64,000 nt of DNA, from positions 173,875 to 237,874 of the forward strand of contig JAQVUX010000002.1 of NCBI GenBank assembly GCA_028699255.1, written 5' to 3'. The notes under the pieces are model-generated. The model did no database searches, was not told where the DNA came from, and worked only from the letters and a program-made list of their open reading frames with translations. This DNA is from Candidatus Omnitrophota bacterium. GTDB taxonomy: Bacteria; Omnitrophota; Gorgyraeia; 2-01-FULL-45-10. Below are positions 1-9,694 of the stretch, in pieces. The position numbers were made by a program, and so were the translations under genes. Position 1 is the first letter of the stretch; each line of letters starts with the position of its first letter.

Positions 1-31
1 ATGTAAAGCTGTATGGGAAGATAACCGCGTG

Positions 32-87
32 AAATAACCGCGTAGGTTATCTAAGGATTGACACGCGGCCAACCTACGCGGTTATTT
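32..87. repeat. 17-bp perfect inverted repeat AAATAACCGCGTAGGTT / AACCTACGCGGTTATTT with a 22-nt spacer, preceded by the partial direct repeat ATAACCGCGTG (21-31). The core AACCGCGTAGGT recurs at 56095-56106.
   Basis: Read directly from the sequence at 32-48 and 71-87; the same 12-mer core and its reverse complement occur at the 3' end of proS. Confidence 0.6.
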
Positions 88-137
88 ACGAATCGCGAAG
101 AATAATTTTAGCCGAGTCGAGAAGGTATATAGCGGAT

Positions 138-743
138 ATGGCAACGATAATCGGCATAACAGGAAGTTTCGGCACCGGCAAGACCTTCGTCGCGTCGGTA
201 TTCGGTTCTTTGGGCGCCTCGGTAATAGACGCCGACAGGATAGCGCACGCGGTCATCCAAAAGAAGAGCCGGGAATATATACGTATAGTCAAGCTATTCG
301 GTAAGGACATATTAAATAGAAAAGGAGAGATAGATAGAAAGCGCCTGGGGGATAAAGTATTTACACACCCCGCGCTTCTGAAAAAATTGAATAAAATAGT
401 TCATCCGCGGATTATAAAAGAAATTAAATGCTCCATCCGCAGAGCGAAGAAGTCAAATCGAAAAGGTGTAGTTGTCATAGACGCGCCGCTTCTCATAGAG
501 GCGGGTCTTGACAGGCTTACCGATAAATTGGTAGTAGTCAAATGTTCAAAAAGGAGACAGGTAGAAAGATGCCGAGAAAAATTCTGCATTCAAAAGAAGG
601 AAATAGCGCGAAGGATATCCAGCCAGATGACGTTAAAGAAAAAACTGAAAATGGCGGATCTGGTGATAGACAACAGCGGGACAAAGTTCCGGACGAGAGA
701 ACAGGTGCGAAGAGTATGGGGGGAGGGAAAGTTATGGAGATAG
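138..743 (+). CDS. coaE: dephospho-CoA kinase
   Basis: 201 aa with an N-terminal P-loop ([12 protein letters not shown]); length and layout are typical of CoaE. Confidence 0.8.
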   Translation: MATIIGITGSFGTGKTFVASVFGSLGASVIDADRIAHAVIQKKSREYIRIVKLFGKDILNRKGEIDRKRLGDKVFTHPALLKKLNKIVHPRIIKEIKCSIRRAKKSNRKGVVVIDAPLLIEAGLDRLTDKLVVVKCSKRRQVERCREKFCIQKKEIARRISSQMTLKKKLKMADLVIDNSGTKFRTREQVRRVWGEGKLWR

Positions 744-1981
744 CCGAGCTTAAGTCGATGAGTATCTCGGAACTTACCAAGTTGGCGAAGGACTTGAATG
801 TCAACGGCATGAGCGGGTTGAAGAAGCAGGATCTTATATTCAAAATCCTGCAGGCGAAGACCGAGAAAGAAGGTCTTATATTCGGCGAAGGTGTTCTTGA
901 GATACTTCCCGACGGGTTCGGTTTCTTGAGGAGCCCGGACTACAATTATCTTCCCGGCCCCGACGATATATACGTATCACCGTCGCAGATAAGGCGTTTT
1001 AATCTGCGCACAGGCGATACCGTTAGCGGCCAGATACGTCCGCCGAAAGAGGGCGAGAGGTATTTCGCTCTACTCAAGGTCGAAGCGGTCAATTTCGGCA
1101 ATCCCGACGAGACGAAAGACAAGACGCTCTTCGATAATCTCACGCCGCTGTATCCCGACGAGAGATTTATCCTCGAGACAAAACCTGATGAGGTATCGAT
1201 GAGGGTTATGGATCTCCTGACCCCGGTCGGCAAAGGCCAGCGCGGGCTTATAGTCGCGCCGCCGTACAGTGGCAAGACGGTGTTATTGCAGAAGTTCGCC
1301 AACGCCGTTACGACGAATTATCCGGAAGCGGTGCTTATCGTGCTTCTCATAGACGAGCGGCCCGAAGAGGTTACGGATATGCAACGTTCGGTAAAGGGCG
1401 AAGTGATAAGCTCGACCTTCGACGAGCCGTCGGAGCGCCACATACAGGTCGCGGAGATAGTTCTCGAGAAGGCGAAACGGTTAGTCGAATCGCGAAAAGA
1501 CGTCGTGATACTTTTGGATTCTATAACGCGCCTTGCGCGCGCGTACAATTCGTGCGTGCCGCACTCCGGGAAGATACTTTCCGGCGGAGTAGACTCGAAC
1601 GCGCTACAGAAGCCCAAGAGGTTTTTCGGCGCGGCGCGTAATATCGAAGAAGGCGGATCGCTTACCATCATCGCGACGGCCTTAGTCGATACGGGGTCGC
1701 GGATGGACGAAGTTATCTTCGAGGAGTTTAAGGGCACCGGCAACATGGAGCTCCAGATGGACCGCAACCTTTTCCAGAAGAGGATATATCCGGCCATCGA
1801 TATCAAACGGTCGAATACGCGTAAAGAGGAACTGCTCGTCCATCCCGACGAGCTTAAGAGGATATGGCTCATGAGGAAAGTTTTAAATGAGCTCAATACG
1901 GACGAGGCGATGCAGCTTCTGATAGAGAAGCTGTCGAAGTCGAAGACGAACGCCGAGTTCTTAATGTCAATGAACCAATAA
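734..1981 (+). CDS. rho: transcription termination factor Rho
   Basis: The ORF 542-1981 contains Rho-like N-terminal RNA-binding and RecA-type ATPase segments ([22 protein letters not shown]). The start is placed at ATG 734 ([14 protein letters not shown]) after a GGGAGGGAAA RBS; the upstream in-frame part overlaps coaE. Confidence 0.85.
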   Translation: MEIAELKSMSISELTKLAKDLNVNGMSGLKKQDLIFKILQAKTEKEGLIFGEGVLEILPDGFGFLRSPDYNYLPGPDDIYVSPSQIRRFNLRTGDTVSGQIRPPKEGERYFALLKVEAVNFGNPDETKDKTLFDNLTPLYPDERFILETKPDEVSMRVMDLLTPVGKGQRGLIVAPPYSGKTVLLQKFANAVTTNYPEAVLIVLLIDERPEEVTDMQRSVKGEVISSTFDEPSERHIQVAEIVLEKAKRLVESRKDVVILLDSITRLARAYNSCVPHSGKILSGGVDSNALQKPKRFFGAARNIEEGGSLTIIATALVDTGSRMDEVIFEEFKGTGNMELQMDRNLFQKRIYPAIDIKRSNTRKEELLVHPDELKRIWLMRKVLNELNTDEAMQLLIEKLSKSKTNAEFLMSMNQ

Positions 1982-1995
1982 CAAGGAGGAGTAGC

Positions 1996-2208
1996 GTGAG
2001 AGATAAAATTCATCCGGAATACAAAGAATCGACGATCGCATGTGTATGCGGCGAAGTGTTTCAGACACGCTCGACAAAACAGAATATCCACGTCGATATC
2101 TGCTCGAAGTGCCATCCGTTCTTTACGGGTAAGCAGAAGCTTCTTGACTCTGCGGGCCGTCTCGAGAAATTTGCCAAGCGCTATGCGGGCAAAGTGAAAT
2201 CGAAATAA
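1996..2208 (+). CDS. rpmE: 50S ribosomal protein L31
   Basis: 70 aa with a CxxG...CSKCHPFFTGKQK zinc-ribbon signature; GTG start after an AAGGAGG RBS. Confidence 0.85.
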   Translation: MRDKIHPEYKESTIACVCGEVFQTRSTKQNIHVDICSKCHPFFTGKQKLLDSAGRLEKFAKRYAGKVKSK

Positions 2209-2212
2209 GACA

Positions 2213-3298
2213 ATGGTTTTCGCGAAGGTAATAGAAGAGAAGCGGAAGCGGTACGATAAGCTGCACGAGCTTTTGGCGGACCCCAAAGTTATCGCAAACG
2301 CGCCGGAATATCAGGCGCTGGCGAAAGAACTCGCCGGGCTTACTCCGATAATAAGCGCGCACAACGATTATCTGAGGGCGTCGAAAGATGTTGCGGATCT
2401 CGAAAAAGTGCTTTCCGACAAAGCTCAGGCACAGGATAAGGAGTTTCTCGTACTCGCCGAAGAAGAACGGCGCAAACTCGAAAAGGATGTGAAAGAAGCT
2501 GAGGGCCGGATAGAAGAGCTTCTGCTCGAGAAGGAGTCGGGTTCCGATCGTGATATTATCGTGGAAATCCGCGCCGGTACCGGCGGGCTTGAAGCTTCGC
2601 TCTTTGCCGGAGACCTACTGCGCATGTACTCGAAATATGCCGTAAAAAAAGGCTGGAGGGTGGAGCTGATAGATTCCAGCACGACCGAAAAAGGCGGCTA
2701 CAAGGAAGTAGTGTTTTCCATCTCAGGCAAGAATGTATACGGCGACATGAAATTCGAGAGCGGGACGCATAGGGTGCAACGCGTTCCCGAGACCGAGGCG
2801 TCGGGGCGGATACATACGTCCGCCGCAACGGTGGCGGTGTTGCCTGAGGCTGAAGAGGTCGAGATCGATATAAAACCCGAAGATCTGAAAGTAGACGTAT
2901 TTCGCTCGGGCGGCGCAGGTGGGCAGGGCGTAAACAGGACCGACTCGGCGGTGCGGTTGACATATTTACCGACGGGGATGGTTGTCACATGCCAGGACGA
3001 ACGCTCTCAGCTTAAGAATAAAGCGAAGGCTATGCGCGTCCTCAGGGCGCGTCTTTTCGACGCAAGGCAGGCCGAGCAGGACAAGAAGATGTCGCAGGCC
3101 CGGCGCGCGCAAGTCGGATCGGGCGACAGGTCGGAGAAGATACGGACATATAATTTTCCGGACAGGCGCATCACAGACCACAGGATAGGATTTACCGCGC
3201 ATAATATGGAGGACGTCCTCGAAGGCGAGATGGGTGAACTGGTCGCCGCCCTGAAAGCGGAAGAAAAGAAGCTTAAAATAAAGGCCGCGGCGGCATGA
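2213..3298 (+). CDS. prfA: peptide chain release factor 1
   Basis: 361 aa with a GGQ motif (SGGAGGQGVNRTDSAVRLTYLPTG) and RF1-type overall layout. Confidence 0.9.
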   Translation: MVFAKVIEEKRKRYDKLHELLADPKVIANAPEYQALAKELAGLTPIISAHNDYLRASKDVADLEKVLSDKAQAQDKEFLVLAEEERRKLEKDVKEAEGRIEELLLEKESGSDRDIIVEIRAGTGGLEASLFAGDLLRMYSKYAVKKGWRVELIDSSTTEKGGYKEVVFSISGKNVYGDMKFESGTHRVQRVPETEASGRIHTSAATVAVLPEAEEVEIDIKPEDLKVDVFRSGGAGGQGVNRTDSAVRLTYLPTGMVVTCQDERSQLKNKAKAMRVLRARLFDARQAEQDKKMSQARRAQVGSGDRSEKIRTYNFPDRRITDHRIGFTAHNMEDVLEGEMGELVAALKAEEKKLKIKAAAA

Positions 3299-4029
3299 AG
3301 ACTATGGAACCCTTTACCCCAATTCAATACATGATCGGCCATACGGAGTTTTGCGGCCTGGATATTATTGTCAATGAAGACGTGCTGATACCGCGTCCGG
3401 AGACCGAGCTTTTAGTCGAGGAAGCGGTAAAGTTAATTTCCGAAAAACATAGCGCTGTGCGGGTACTCGATCTCTGTACCGGATCCGGCAACATAGCGAT
3501 TGGATTGATGGTTCGACTCCGCTCACCATCAATCCCGGGCAAGGCCGCCGAAGGTGGACGCGCTGAGGGATTGACAAAAAGCGTATCCGGTTGTACAATA
3601 GTCGCTTCCGATATTTCCGCCAAGGCGCTTGATGTTGCCCGGATCAATGCCGGGCGGCACGGTGTTTTGCGGGAAATAGAGTTCGTTCAAAGCGATCTAT
3701 TCGATAATATCACCGGAAAATTAGATATCATCGTATCGAATCCGCCTTACATAGCCGGATTCGAATTCGAGACATTGCAGAAAGAGGTTTTGAAAGAGCC
3801 CAGGATAGCTTTAGACGGCGGCGCCGATGGGCTTGATCTTTACCGCAGAATAATTTCCGACGCACCCGGACACATGAACTTGGGCGCGCATATCATTTTT
3901 GAAATAGGTTTCGGCCAGGCCGGCGAAATAAAGAAGATAATAACGTCGGGTGGTTTTGAGGTAATTGAAACGAAAAAAGATTTTAACGATATCGATAGGG
4001 TCATTATCGCCAAATGGATAAGCTCGTAA
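3295..4029 (+). CDS. prmC: release-factor glutamine N5-methyltransferase (HemK/PrmC)
   Basis: SAM motif VLDLCTGSGNIA and NPPY motif; ATGA start/stop overlap with prfA. Contains an ~25-aa insertion (encoded around 3505-3580) relative to canonical PrmC. Confidence 0.8.
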   Translation: MKTMEPFTPIQYMIGHTEFCGLDIIVNEDVLIPRPETELLVEEAVKLISEKHSAVRVLDLCTGSGNIAIGLMVRLRSPSIPGKAAEGGRAEGLTKSVSGCTIVASDISAKALDVARINAGRHGVLREIEFVQSDLFDNITGKLDIIVSNPPYIAGFEFETLQKEVLKEPRIALDGGADGLDLYRRIISDAPGHMNLGAHIIFEIGFGQAGEIKKIITSGGFEVIETKKDFNDIDRVIIAKWISS

Positions 4030-5279
4030 TCGAAGGCGGCAGGCGTCTGGAAGGAGCCGTAACAATAAGCGGCGCCAAAAACGCGTGCCTGCCGATACTC
4101 GCGGCGGCGTTACTCTCCGACGAGAAATCGGTCATACACAATATACCGGCCCTGCGGGATATGTCGACGATGCTGAAGATACTGAAGAACTTCGGCGTCA
4201 GGGTTCAGCAGGATGGTTCGACGGTTATGGTGGAGCCGCACGGTTACAAAAAGTACGCGGCGCCTTATGAGCTCGTCAGCACGATGCGCGCCTCAGTCTG
4301 TGTGTTGGGGCCGCTTCTGGCCAAACAGAGAAGGGCGGAGGTTTCATTTCCCGGCGGGTGCGTTATAGGCCCGAGGCCGATTGACCTGCACATTAAGGGT
4401 TTGAGGGCGCTGGGCGCGGATATAAAAGTCGAACGCGGTTACATAATCGCCGACGGCAAGCGTCTTCGGGGCGGCAACGTTTATTTGGGCGGGCATTTCG
4501 GCTCGAGCGTGCTGGCCACCGCTAACACGATGATGGCGGCCACGCTCGCCAGGGGCGAGACGGTGATAGAGAATGCCGCCTGCGAGCCGGAGGTCGTAGA
4601 CCTTACCAATTTTCTCGTTAATATGGGCGCTAAGATAAAAGGCGTGGGAACGCATACGCTCATTATCGAAGGCGTAAAGAAACTGCACGGCGCGGAGCAT
4701 CATGTTATTTCCGACAGGATCGAGACCGGCACTTACATATTGGCCGCGGCGATAACAAAGGGCGATATTACACTGAAGGGCGCTTCAGCCGATCATATGG
4801 TCGCTTTGATAGATAAACTTACCGAAGCGGGGCTTGAAATAAAAAAGACTGCTTCCGGATTGCGGGTACGTTACACCAAAAGATTGAAGCCGATGGATAT
4901 AACGACACTGCCGTATCCGGGTTTTCCGACGGACATGCAGGCGCAGTTCATGAGTTTGATGACGGTGACCGACGGAATAAGCGTCATAACCGAGAAGATA
5001 TATCCCGAGAGATTTATTCATATAAGCGAATTGAGCAGGATGGGCGCCGAGATATTGTTGGAAGGTGCCAGCGCTATAGTGAAAGGCGTAAAAAATTTGA
5101 GCGGCGCTCCTGTCATGGCATCGGATCTCAGGGCGTCGGCCGCGTTGGTTTTGGCAGGACTTGTGGCCAAGGGCAGGACGGATGTTCACAGGATATACCA
5201 CCTCGATAGAGGATACGAAAATATAGAAGCGAAGCTCCGCTCCCTCGGGGCGAAGGTGTGGAGAGAGAAAGAAAAGTAG
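4014..5279 (+). CDS. murA: UDP-N-acetylglucosamine 1-carboxyvinyltransferase
   Basis: 421 aa; the N-terminus [31 protein letters not shown] is typical of MurA. Confidence 0.9.
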   Translation: MDKLVIEGGRRLEGAVTISGAKNACLPILAAALLSDEKSVIHNIPALRDMSTMLKILKNFGVRVQQDGSTVMVEPHGYKKYAAPYELVSTMRASVCVLGPLLAKQRRAEVSFPGGCVIGPRPIDLHIKGLRALGADIKVERGYIIADGKRLRGGNVYLGGHFGSSVLATANTMMAATLARGETVIENAACEPEVVDLTNFLVNMGAKIKGVGTHTLIIEGVKKLHGAEHHVISDRIETGTYILAAAITKGDITLKGASADHMVALIDKLTEAGLEIKKTASGLRVRYTKRLKPMDITTLPYPGFPTDMQAQFMSLMTVTDGISVITEKIYPERFIHISELSRMGAEILLEGASAIVKGVKNLSGAPVMASDLRASAALVLAGLVAKGRTDVHRIYHLDRGYENIEAKLRSLGAKVWREKEK

Positions 5280-5357
5280 AAAGTAAAGTCTCGCCGGGAT
5301 TTGAATTATAGGCGGGACGATTTGACAGAGTGAAACAATAACAAATCGGAGGAGATA

Positions 5358-5603
5358 ATGCCAGCAGTAATAAGATTGACGAGGACAGGGGCACTTAAAA
5401 AGCCGGTCCACCGGATAGTGGTGATAGAAAAAACGAGGGCAAGGGACGGAAAGCCCATAGAGTATCTTGGTTACTATGATCCGAAGACTAATCCCGCTAC
5501 GGTAAAGGTTAAAAAAGAGAGAGCGGAATATTGGCTTGGAGTAGGCGCGCTTCCATCACCGGCAGTGAGGACGCTTCTGAAGAAACAGGGTATAAAAGTA
5601 TAA
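5358..5603 (+). CDS. rpsP: 30S ribosomal protein S16
   Basis: 81 aa, MPAVIRLTRTGALKKPVHRIVV; GGAGG RBS upstream. Confidence 0.9.
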   Translation: MPAVIRLTRTGALKKPVHRIVVIEKTRARDGKPIEYLGYYDPKTNPATVKVKKERAEYWLGVGALPSPAVRTLLKKQGIKV

Positions 5604-5607
5604 CAAG

Positions 5608-6321
5608 ATGTTAATCGATATCCTGACGCTATTCCCGAAAATGTTCGAGAACGTGCTCGGCGAATCGATATTGCACCGCGCGCAGAAGAAGGGTCTTGCC
5701 GGGATAAGGGTGTGGGATTTACGTGATTGGACGTCGGATGCCCATCGCAGTGCGGACGATAAACCGTTCGGCGGCGGGCCCGGAATGGTGATGAAGATAG
5801 AGCCGGTCTGGCGCGCGCTCGAGGAATTGAAAAAAAGCCCGGAAGGCAAAGCTCGCGCGGCAAAGATAGTGCTTTTGACGCCGCAAGGTAAACGGTTCGA
5901 CCAGAAGACCGCGAAACGTTTTGCGAAAGAAAAACGGCTTATCCTGATATGCGGCCACTACGAAGGCGTAGATGAGCGGATAAGGCAGATGGCCGACGAA
6001 GAAGTATCGATCGGCGATTATGTCCTGACGTGCGGTGAGATACCCGCGATGGCGCTTATGGATGCGGTAGTCCGGCTGATACCGGGCGTTTTGGGTGACG
6101 ATGAATCGATAGTGTCGGAATCTTTTGAAAGAGGGCTTTTGGAATATCCGCAATATACGAGGCCCGCGGAATTTAAAGGAAAGAAGGTCCCGCAGGTACT
6201 CTTAAGCGGCGACCATAAAAAGATAGAAGAGTGGCGAATGGCTGAGGCGCTGAAGAGAACAAAAGAGCGCCGGCCGGATTTGTTGATTGGTGTAAAAAGT
6301 AAACATGGAAAGGCGGACTAA
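5608..6321 (+). CDS. trmD: tRNA (guanine37-N1)-methyltransferase
   Basis: 237 aa, MLIDILTLFPKMF... with TrmD-like SPOUT layout, between rpsP and rplS. Confidence 0.9.
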   Translation: MLIDILTLFPKMFENVLGESILHRAQKKGLAGIRVWDLRDWTSDAHRSADDKPFGGGPGMVMKIEPVWRALEELKKSPEGKARAAKIVLLTPQGKRFDQKTAKRFAKEKRLILICGHYEGVDERIRQMADEEVSIGDYVLTCGEIPAMALMDAVVRLIPGVLGDDESIVSESFERGLLEYPQYTRPAEFKGKKVPQVLLSGDHKKIEEWRMAEALKRTKERRPDLLIGVKSKHGKAD

Positions 6322-6323
6322 CA

Positions 6324-6722
6324 ATGGATAACAATATGATCAAACTCGTTGAGGCGAAATTCCTGAAGAAGGAGATCTCACAGTTCAGTATTGGCGATAC
6401 GGTTGACGTTCAGATGAAGATCGTTGAAGAAGGAAAAGCGCGTATCCAGACATTTGAGGGCATAGTCATAGCGCGCGCCGGTTCAGGGCTTACCGAAACA
6501 TTCACTGTGCGCAAGATGTCGTACGGCGAAGGCGTTGAAATGGTATTCCCCATACATTCTCCCTCGATCGACAAGATCAAGATCGTGAAGAAGGGCGATG
6601 TGAATAGGGCTAAACTCTATTACCTGAAGCGAAAAGTAGGGAAAGATACGAAAGTCGATGAGAAGATCACGCACATCGCCGAACAACCGCCGGCTCCTCA
6701 AGATCGAAAGGCGGCTGAGTAA
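6324..6722 (+). CDS. rplS: 50S ribosomal protein L19
   Basis: 132 aa in the conserved rpsP-trmD-rplS order (no rimM in between). Confidence 0.9.
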   Translation: MDNNMIKLVEAKFLKKEISQFSIGDTVDVQMKIVEEGKARIQTFEGIVIARAGSGLTETFTVRKMSYGEGVEMVFPIHSPSIDKIKIVKKGDVNRAKLYYLKRKVGKDTKVDEKITHIAEQPPAPQDRKAAE

Positions 6723-7311
6723 TTCGGGTTGTCTGACAATAGCCGGTGTAGACGAAGCGGGCCGCGGCCCGCTCGCCGGGCCTGTTATTGCCGGCGCTGT
6801 CATACTGAAAAGCCTCGATTTTACCTGCACGATAGACGATTCGAAAAAATTATCGCAAAAAAAACGTGAAAAGGCCTACGATGAGATATTCAAAAAGGCC
6901 TTTGTCGGCGTCGGCATCGTAGATGAAAAAGCGATCGACGAATTGAACATATATCGCGCGACTTTACGCGCGATGGAGATCGCCATTGCAAACCTCGATA
7001 TCCCGCCCGATCACATCATAGTGGACGGTAAAATGAAACTTACCGCGAAGTGTCCGGTTCTATGCGTTGTTCGGGGCGATTCGAAGTCGATGTCCGTGGC
7101 CGCCGCATCCATAGTGGCCAAGGTTACGCGCGACCGGATCATGGTCGATTACCACAAAGAGTACCCTCAGTACGGTTTTGCCCGTCATAAAGGTTATGGC
7201 ACGCGCCTGCATAAAGAGGCCCTAAGCCGCTTTGGGCCGTCCCCGATACATCGATACAGCTACCAACCTGTCAAAGAAGCCGCCATTTCAGTCAAAAAAC
7301 CCTTGATATAA
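6658..7311 (+). CDS. rnhB: ribonuclease HII
   Basis: IAGVDEAGRGPLAGPVIAGAVIL catalytic N-terminal motif. The 5' end is uncertain: the ORF-track start at 6658 overlaps rplS by 65 nt, and there is no canonical start codon between 6723 and the motif. Confidence 0.8.
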   Translation: MRRSRTSPNNRRLLKIERRLSNSGCLTIAGVDEAGRGPLAGPVIAGAVILKSLDFTCTIDDSKKLSQKKREKAYDEIFKKAFVGVGIVDEKAIDELNIYRATLRAMEIAIANLDIPPDHIIVDGKMKLTAKCPVLCVVRGDSKSMSVAAASIVAKVTRDRIMVDYHKEYPQYGFARHKGYGTRLHKEALSRFGPSPIHRYSYQPVKEAAISVKKPLI

Positions 7312-7384
7312 TCCTGACTTAACCTTATAATAATATTTCCTTCAATTAACAATATAATATAATAGCTACGATAGCGGGCTTACG

Positions 7385-9079
7385 ATGAAGAGCGATGTTC
7401 AAATAGCAGCGGAAGCGAAGTTGAAGCCGATATCAGCGATAGCCGGCAGTATCGGCATACCCGGCAGATATATCGAGGCTTATGGAAGCCACAAAGCCAA
7501 AGTCTCCATAGATATTCTCACGTCCTTAAAACCGAAAAAAAAGTCTAAGTACATCGTAGTTACCGGCATAACGCCTACGCATCTGGGCGAGGGGAAGACC
7601 GTTACGACGATCGGTCTTTCGATGGCGCTCAATCGTCTTGGGAAACGGTCTATAGCGTGCCTGAGACAACCGTCCATGGGGCCTTTCTTTGGTGTAAAAG
7701 GCGGCGGGGTCGGGGGTGGTTATTCGCAGGTAGCTCCGGAATATGATATAAATCTGCATCTGACAGGCGATATCCATGCGGTTACGCAGGCGCATAATCT
7801 TGCCGCGTCGTTCCTCGATAACCACCTCTACCGAGGGAATAAACTCAACATAGATATTAACAGGATTTTCTGGCGCCGCGTACTCGATGTCAATGACAGG
7901 GCGCTTAGGAATATCAGGATAGCCATAGGCGGGAAGGAGTCGGGCGTCGAACGCGATACGGGCTTCGACATAACCGCCGCAAGCGAGATCATGGCTATTC
8001 TCGCGCTCGCCGAGTCAATGCCTGACATGAGAAAACGGCTCGGCAGAATAATAGTCGCGCTGAATAAGTCGGGGCGGCCGGTTACATGCGATGACTTAAA
8101 GGTCGCCGGCGCCATGGCCGCGATACTCACGGACGCGATCAACCCGAATCTCGTCCAGACGATAGAGAATACCCCGGTTTTTATACATACCGGCCCGTTT
8201 GCCAATATTACGCACGGCAACAGTTCCATACTTGCCGATAGAGTGGCGCTCGGGCTGTCCGATTACGTCGTAACGGAATCGGGCTTCGGCGCGGATTGCG
8301 GCCTCGAAAAATTCGTCAATATAAAATGCAGGGCGAGCGGGCTTAAACCATCGGCCGCGGTGCTCGTAGCATCGGTCAGGGCGCTGAAAATACATTCCGG
8401 ATTATTCGATATGGTCGTGGGCAGGCCATTAGGTCGCGAACTCTCCGTGGAGAATCTTGACGCTGTTGAGTTGGGCCTGGCAAATCTCGAAAAGCAGATA
8501 GAGAACGTCCGGATATACGGTATCCCTTGTATCGTCGCGATCAACAGGTTTGCCTCCGACACCAACCGCGAAATTGAACTTATTAAAAAGAAGGCGCTTG
8601 AAGCGGGCGCCTTCAGTTGCGTCCAGAGCGAAGTTCACAGGTACGGCTCCCGCGGCGGAGTGGAGTTGGCCAAAGCGGTCGAAGATGCGTGCTCGGCAAA
8701 CGGAAAATTTAATTTTCTATATCCGGATGTTATGCCGATCGAAGAGAAGATAGGCATGATAGCGCGGAAGATATATGGCGCACGCGGCGTACATTTTGAA
8801 AAGACCGCCGCTGAAGATATAAAACTTTACAAGAAACTCGGGTTGGCGAAACTTCCCATCTGCATGGCGAAGACGCACCTGTCGTTGTCGCATGATCCGA
8901 AGATCAAGGGCGCCCCTAAAAATTTCATCCTGCCGGTGCGTGACGTGAAGCCGTCCGCAGGCGCCGGATTTCTCTACGCATTGTGCGCAGACATAATGAC
9001 CATGCCCAGCTTACCGTCAAGGCCGGTGGGGGAGCATGTCGACATAGATGCGAAGGGGAGGCTTAAATATGTACAATAA
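7385..9079 (+). CDS. fhs: formate--tetrahydrofolate ligase
   Basis: 564 aa; TPTHLGEGKTVTTIGL P-loop and overall FTHFS layout. First gene of the methyl branch. Confidence 0.9.
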   Translation: MKSDVQIAAEAKLKPISAIAGSIGIPGRYIEAYGSHKAKVSIDILTSLKPKKKSKYIVVTGITPTHLGEGKTVTTIGLSMALNRLGKRSIACLRQPSMGPFFGVKGGGVGGGYSQVAPEYDINLHLTGDIHAVTQAHNLAASFLDNHLYRGNKLNIDINRIFWRRVLDVNDRALRNIRIAIGGKESGVERDTGFDITAASEIMAILALAESMPDMRKRLGRIIVALNKSGRPVTCDDLKVAGAMAAILTDAINPNLVQTIENTPVFIHTGPFANITHGNSSILADRVALGLSDYVVTESGFGADCGLEKFVNIKCRASGLKPSAAVLVASVRALKIHSGLFDMVVGRPLGRELSVENLDAVELGLANLEKQIENVRIYGIPCIVAINRFASDTNREIELIKKKALEAGAFSCVQSEVHRYGSRGGVELAKAVEDACSANGKFNFLYPDVMPIEEKIGMIARKIYGARGVHFEKTAAEDIKLYKKLGLAKLPICMAKTHLSLSHDPKIKGAPKNFILPVRDVKPSAGAGFLYALCADIMTMPSLPSRPVGEHVDIDAKGRLKYVQ

Positions 9080-9674
9080 AAAGCCGCTACGTGATTATCT
9101 GGATGACCTTGCGGCCAGGCGCCCCGCGCCGGGCGGCGGAAGCGCGGCCGCGCTTTCCGCGGCGATAGGAGCCGCTCTTATTTCTATGGTAGCGAACTAT
9201 ACGGTGGGTAACCCGAAATATAAATCGGATGAGGATAAAGTAGCCGTTATTCTGAAGAAGGCTGAGGCGTATCGTACCCGGCTTCTGGCGCTGGTCGATG
9301 AAGACGTGTCCGCGTATGAAAAATTATGCGACGGAATAAAAAATTCACCCAAAGGTTCTCAGGCCCCGGACGGGCTTTATAAGGATGCGATCACCCCGCC
9401 GCTAGAGATGTGCAGGATATCCGCGGAAGCGCTCGGGATATGTAAGGAAATTGCGGAATGCGGGAACAGGAATTTGATAACAGATACCGCGATAGCCGCG
9501 ATACTTCTCGAAGGAGCATTTTTTTCCGCGAAGTTTAACGTGTACATAAATTTGAAATATATAAAAGACATTGATTTTATCGGCAATATCCACAAAGAGC
9601 TTTCGCCTCTGGAAAAGTCTCTGCCGGAATTAAAAGAAGAGATATTGGAAATGTGTGAGGAAGTTATAAAATAG
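9069..9674 (+). CDS. fchA: methenyltetrahydrofolate cyclohydrolase (cyclodeaminase-domain protein)
   Basis: LRDYLDDLAARRPAPGGGSAAALSAAIGAAL is the FchA/cyclodeaminase signature. Start at ATG 9069 (MYNKKP) overlaps the fhs stop by 11 nt. Confidence 0.75.
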   Translation: MYNKKPLRDYLDDLAARRPAPGGGSAAALSAAIGAALISMVANYTVGNPKYKSDEDKVAVILKKAEAYRTRLLALVDEDVSAYEKLCDGIKNSPKGSQAPDGLYKDAITPPLEMCRISAEALGICKEIAECGNRNLITDTAIAAILLEGAFFSAKFNVYINLKYIKDIDFIGNIHKELSPLEKSLPELKEEILEMCEEVIK

Positions 9675-9694
9675 CGTTTAGCTCAGGGGGAGAA

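Noticed and set aside
86-310. 74-aa minus-strand ORF overlapping the coaE start
   Set aside because: Overlaps the well-supported coaE N-terminus and the upstream palindrome; no RBS. Spurious.
542-733. N-terminal 64-aa extension of the rho ORF ([13 protein letters not shown]...)
   Set aside because: Overlaps the coaE 3' end in another frame. Rho homology begins at MEIAELK with a proper RBS; the extension is more likely read-through of the frame than real coding.
1318-2286. 322-aa ORF on the minus strand
   Set aside because: Entirely antisense to rho and rpmE, whose homology is unambiguous; Ser/Arg-rich low-complexity translation. Shadow ORF.
3505-3532. tRNA T-arm-like GGTTCGACTCC inside prmC
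   Set aside because: The flanking bases do not form a T-stem, acceptor stem or any cloverleaf; it is only the loop of a local palindrome within a coding region. Not a tRNA.
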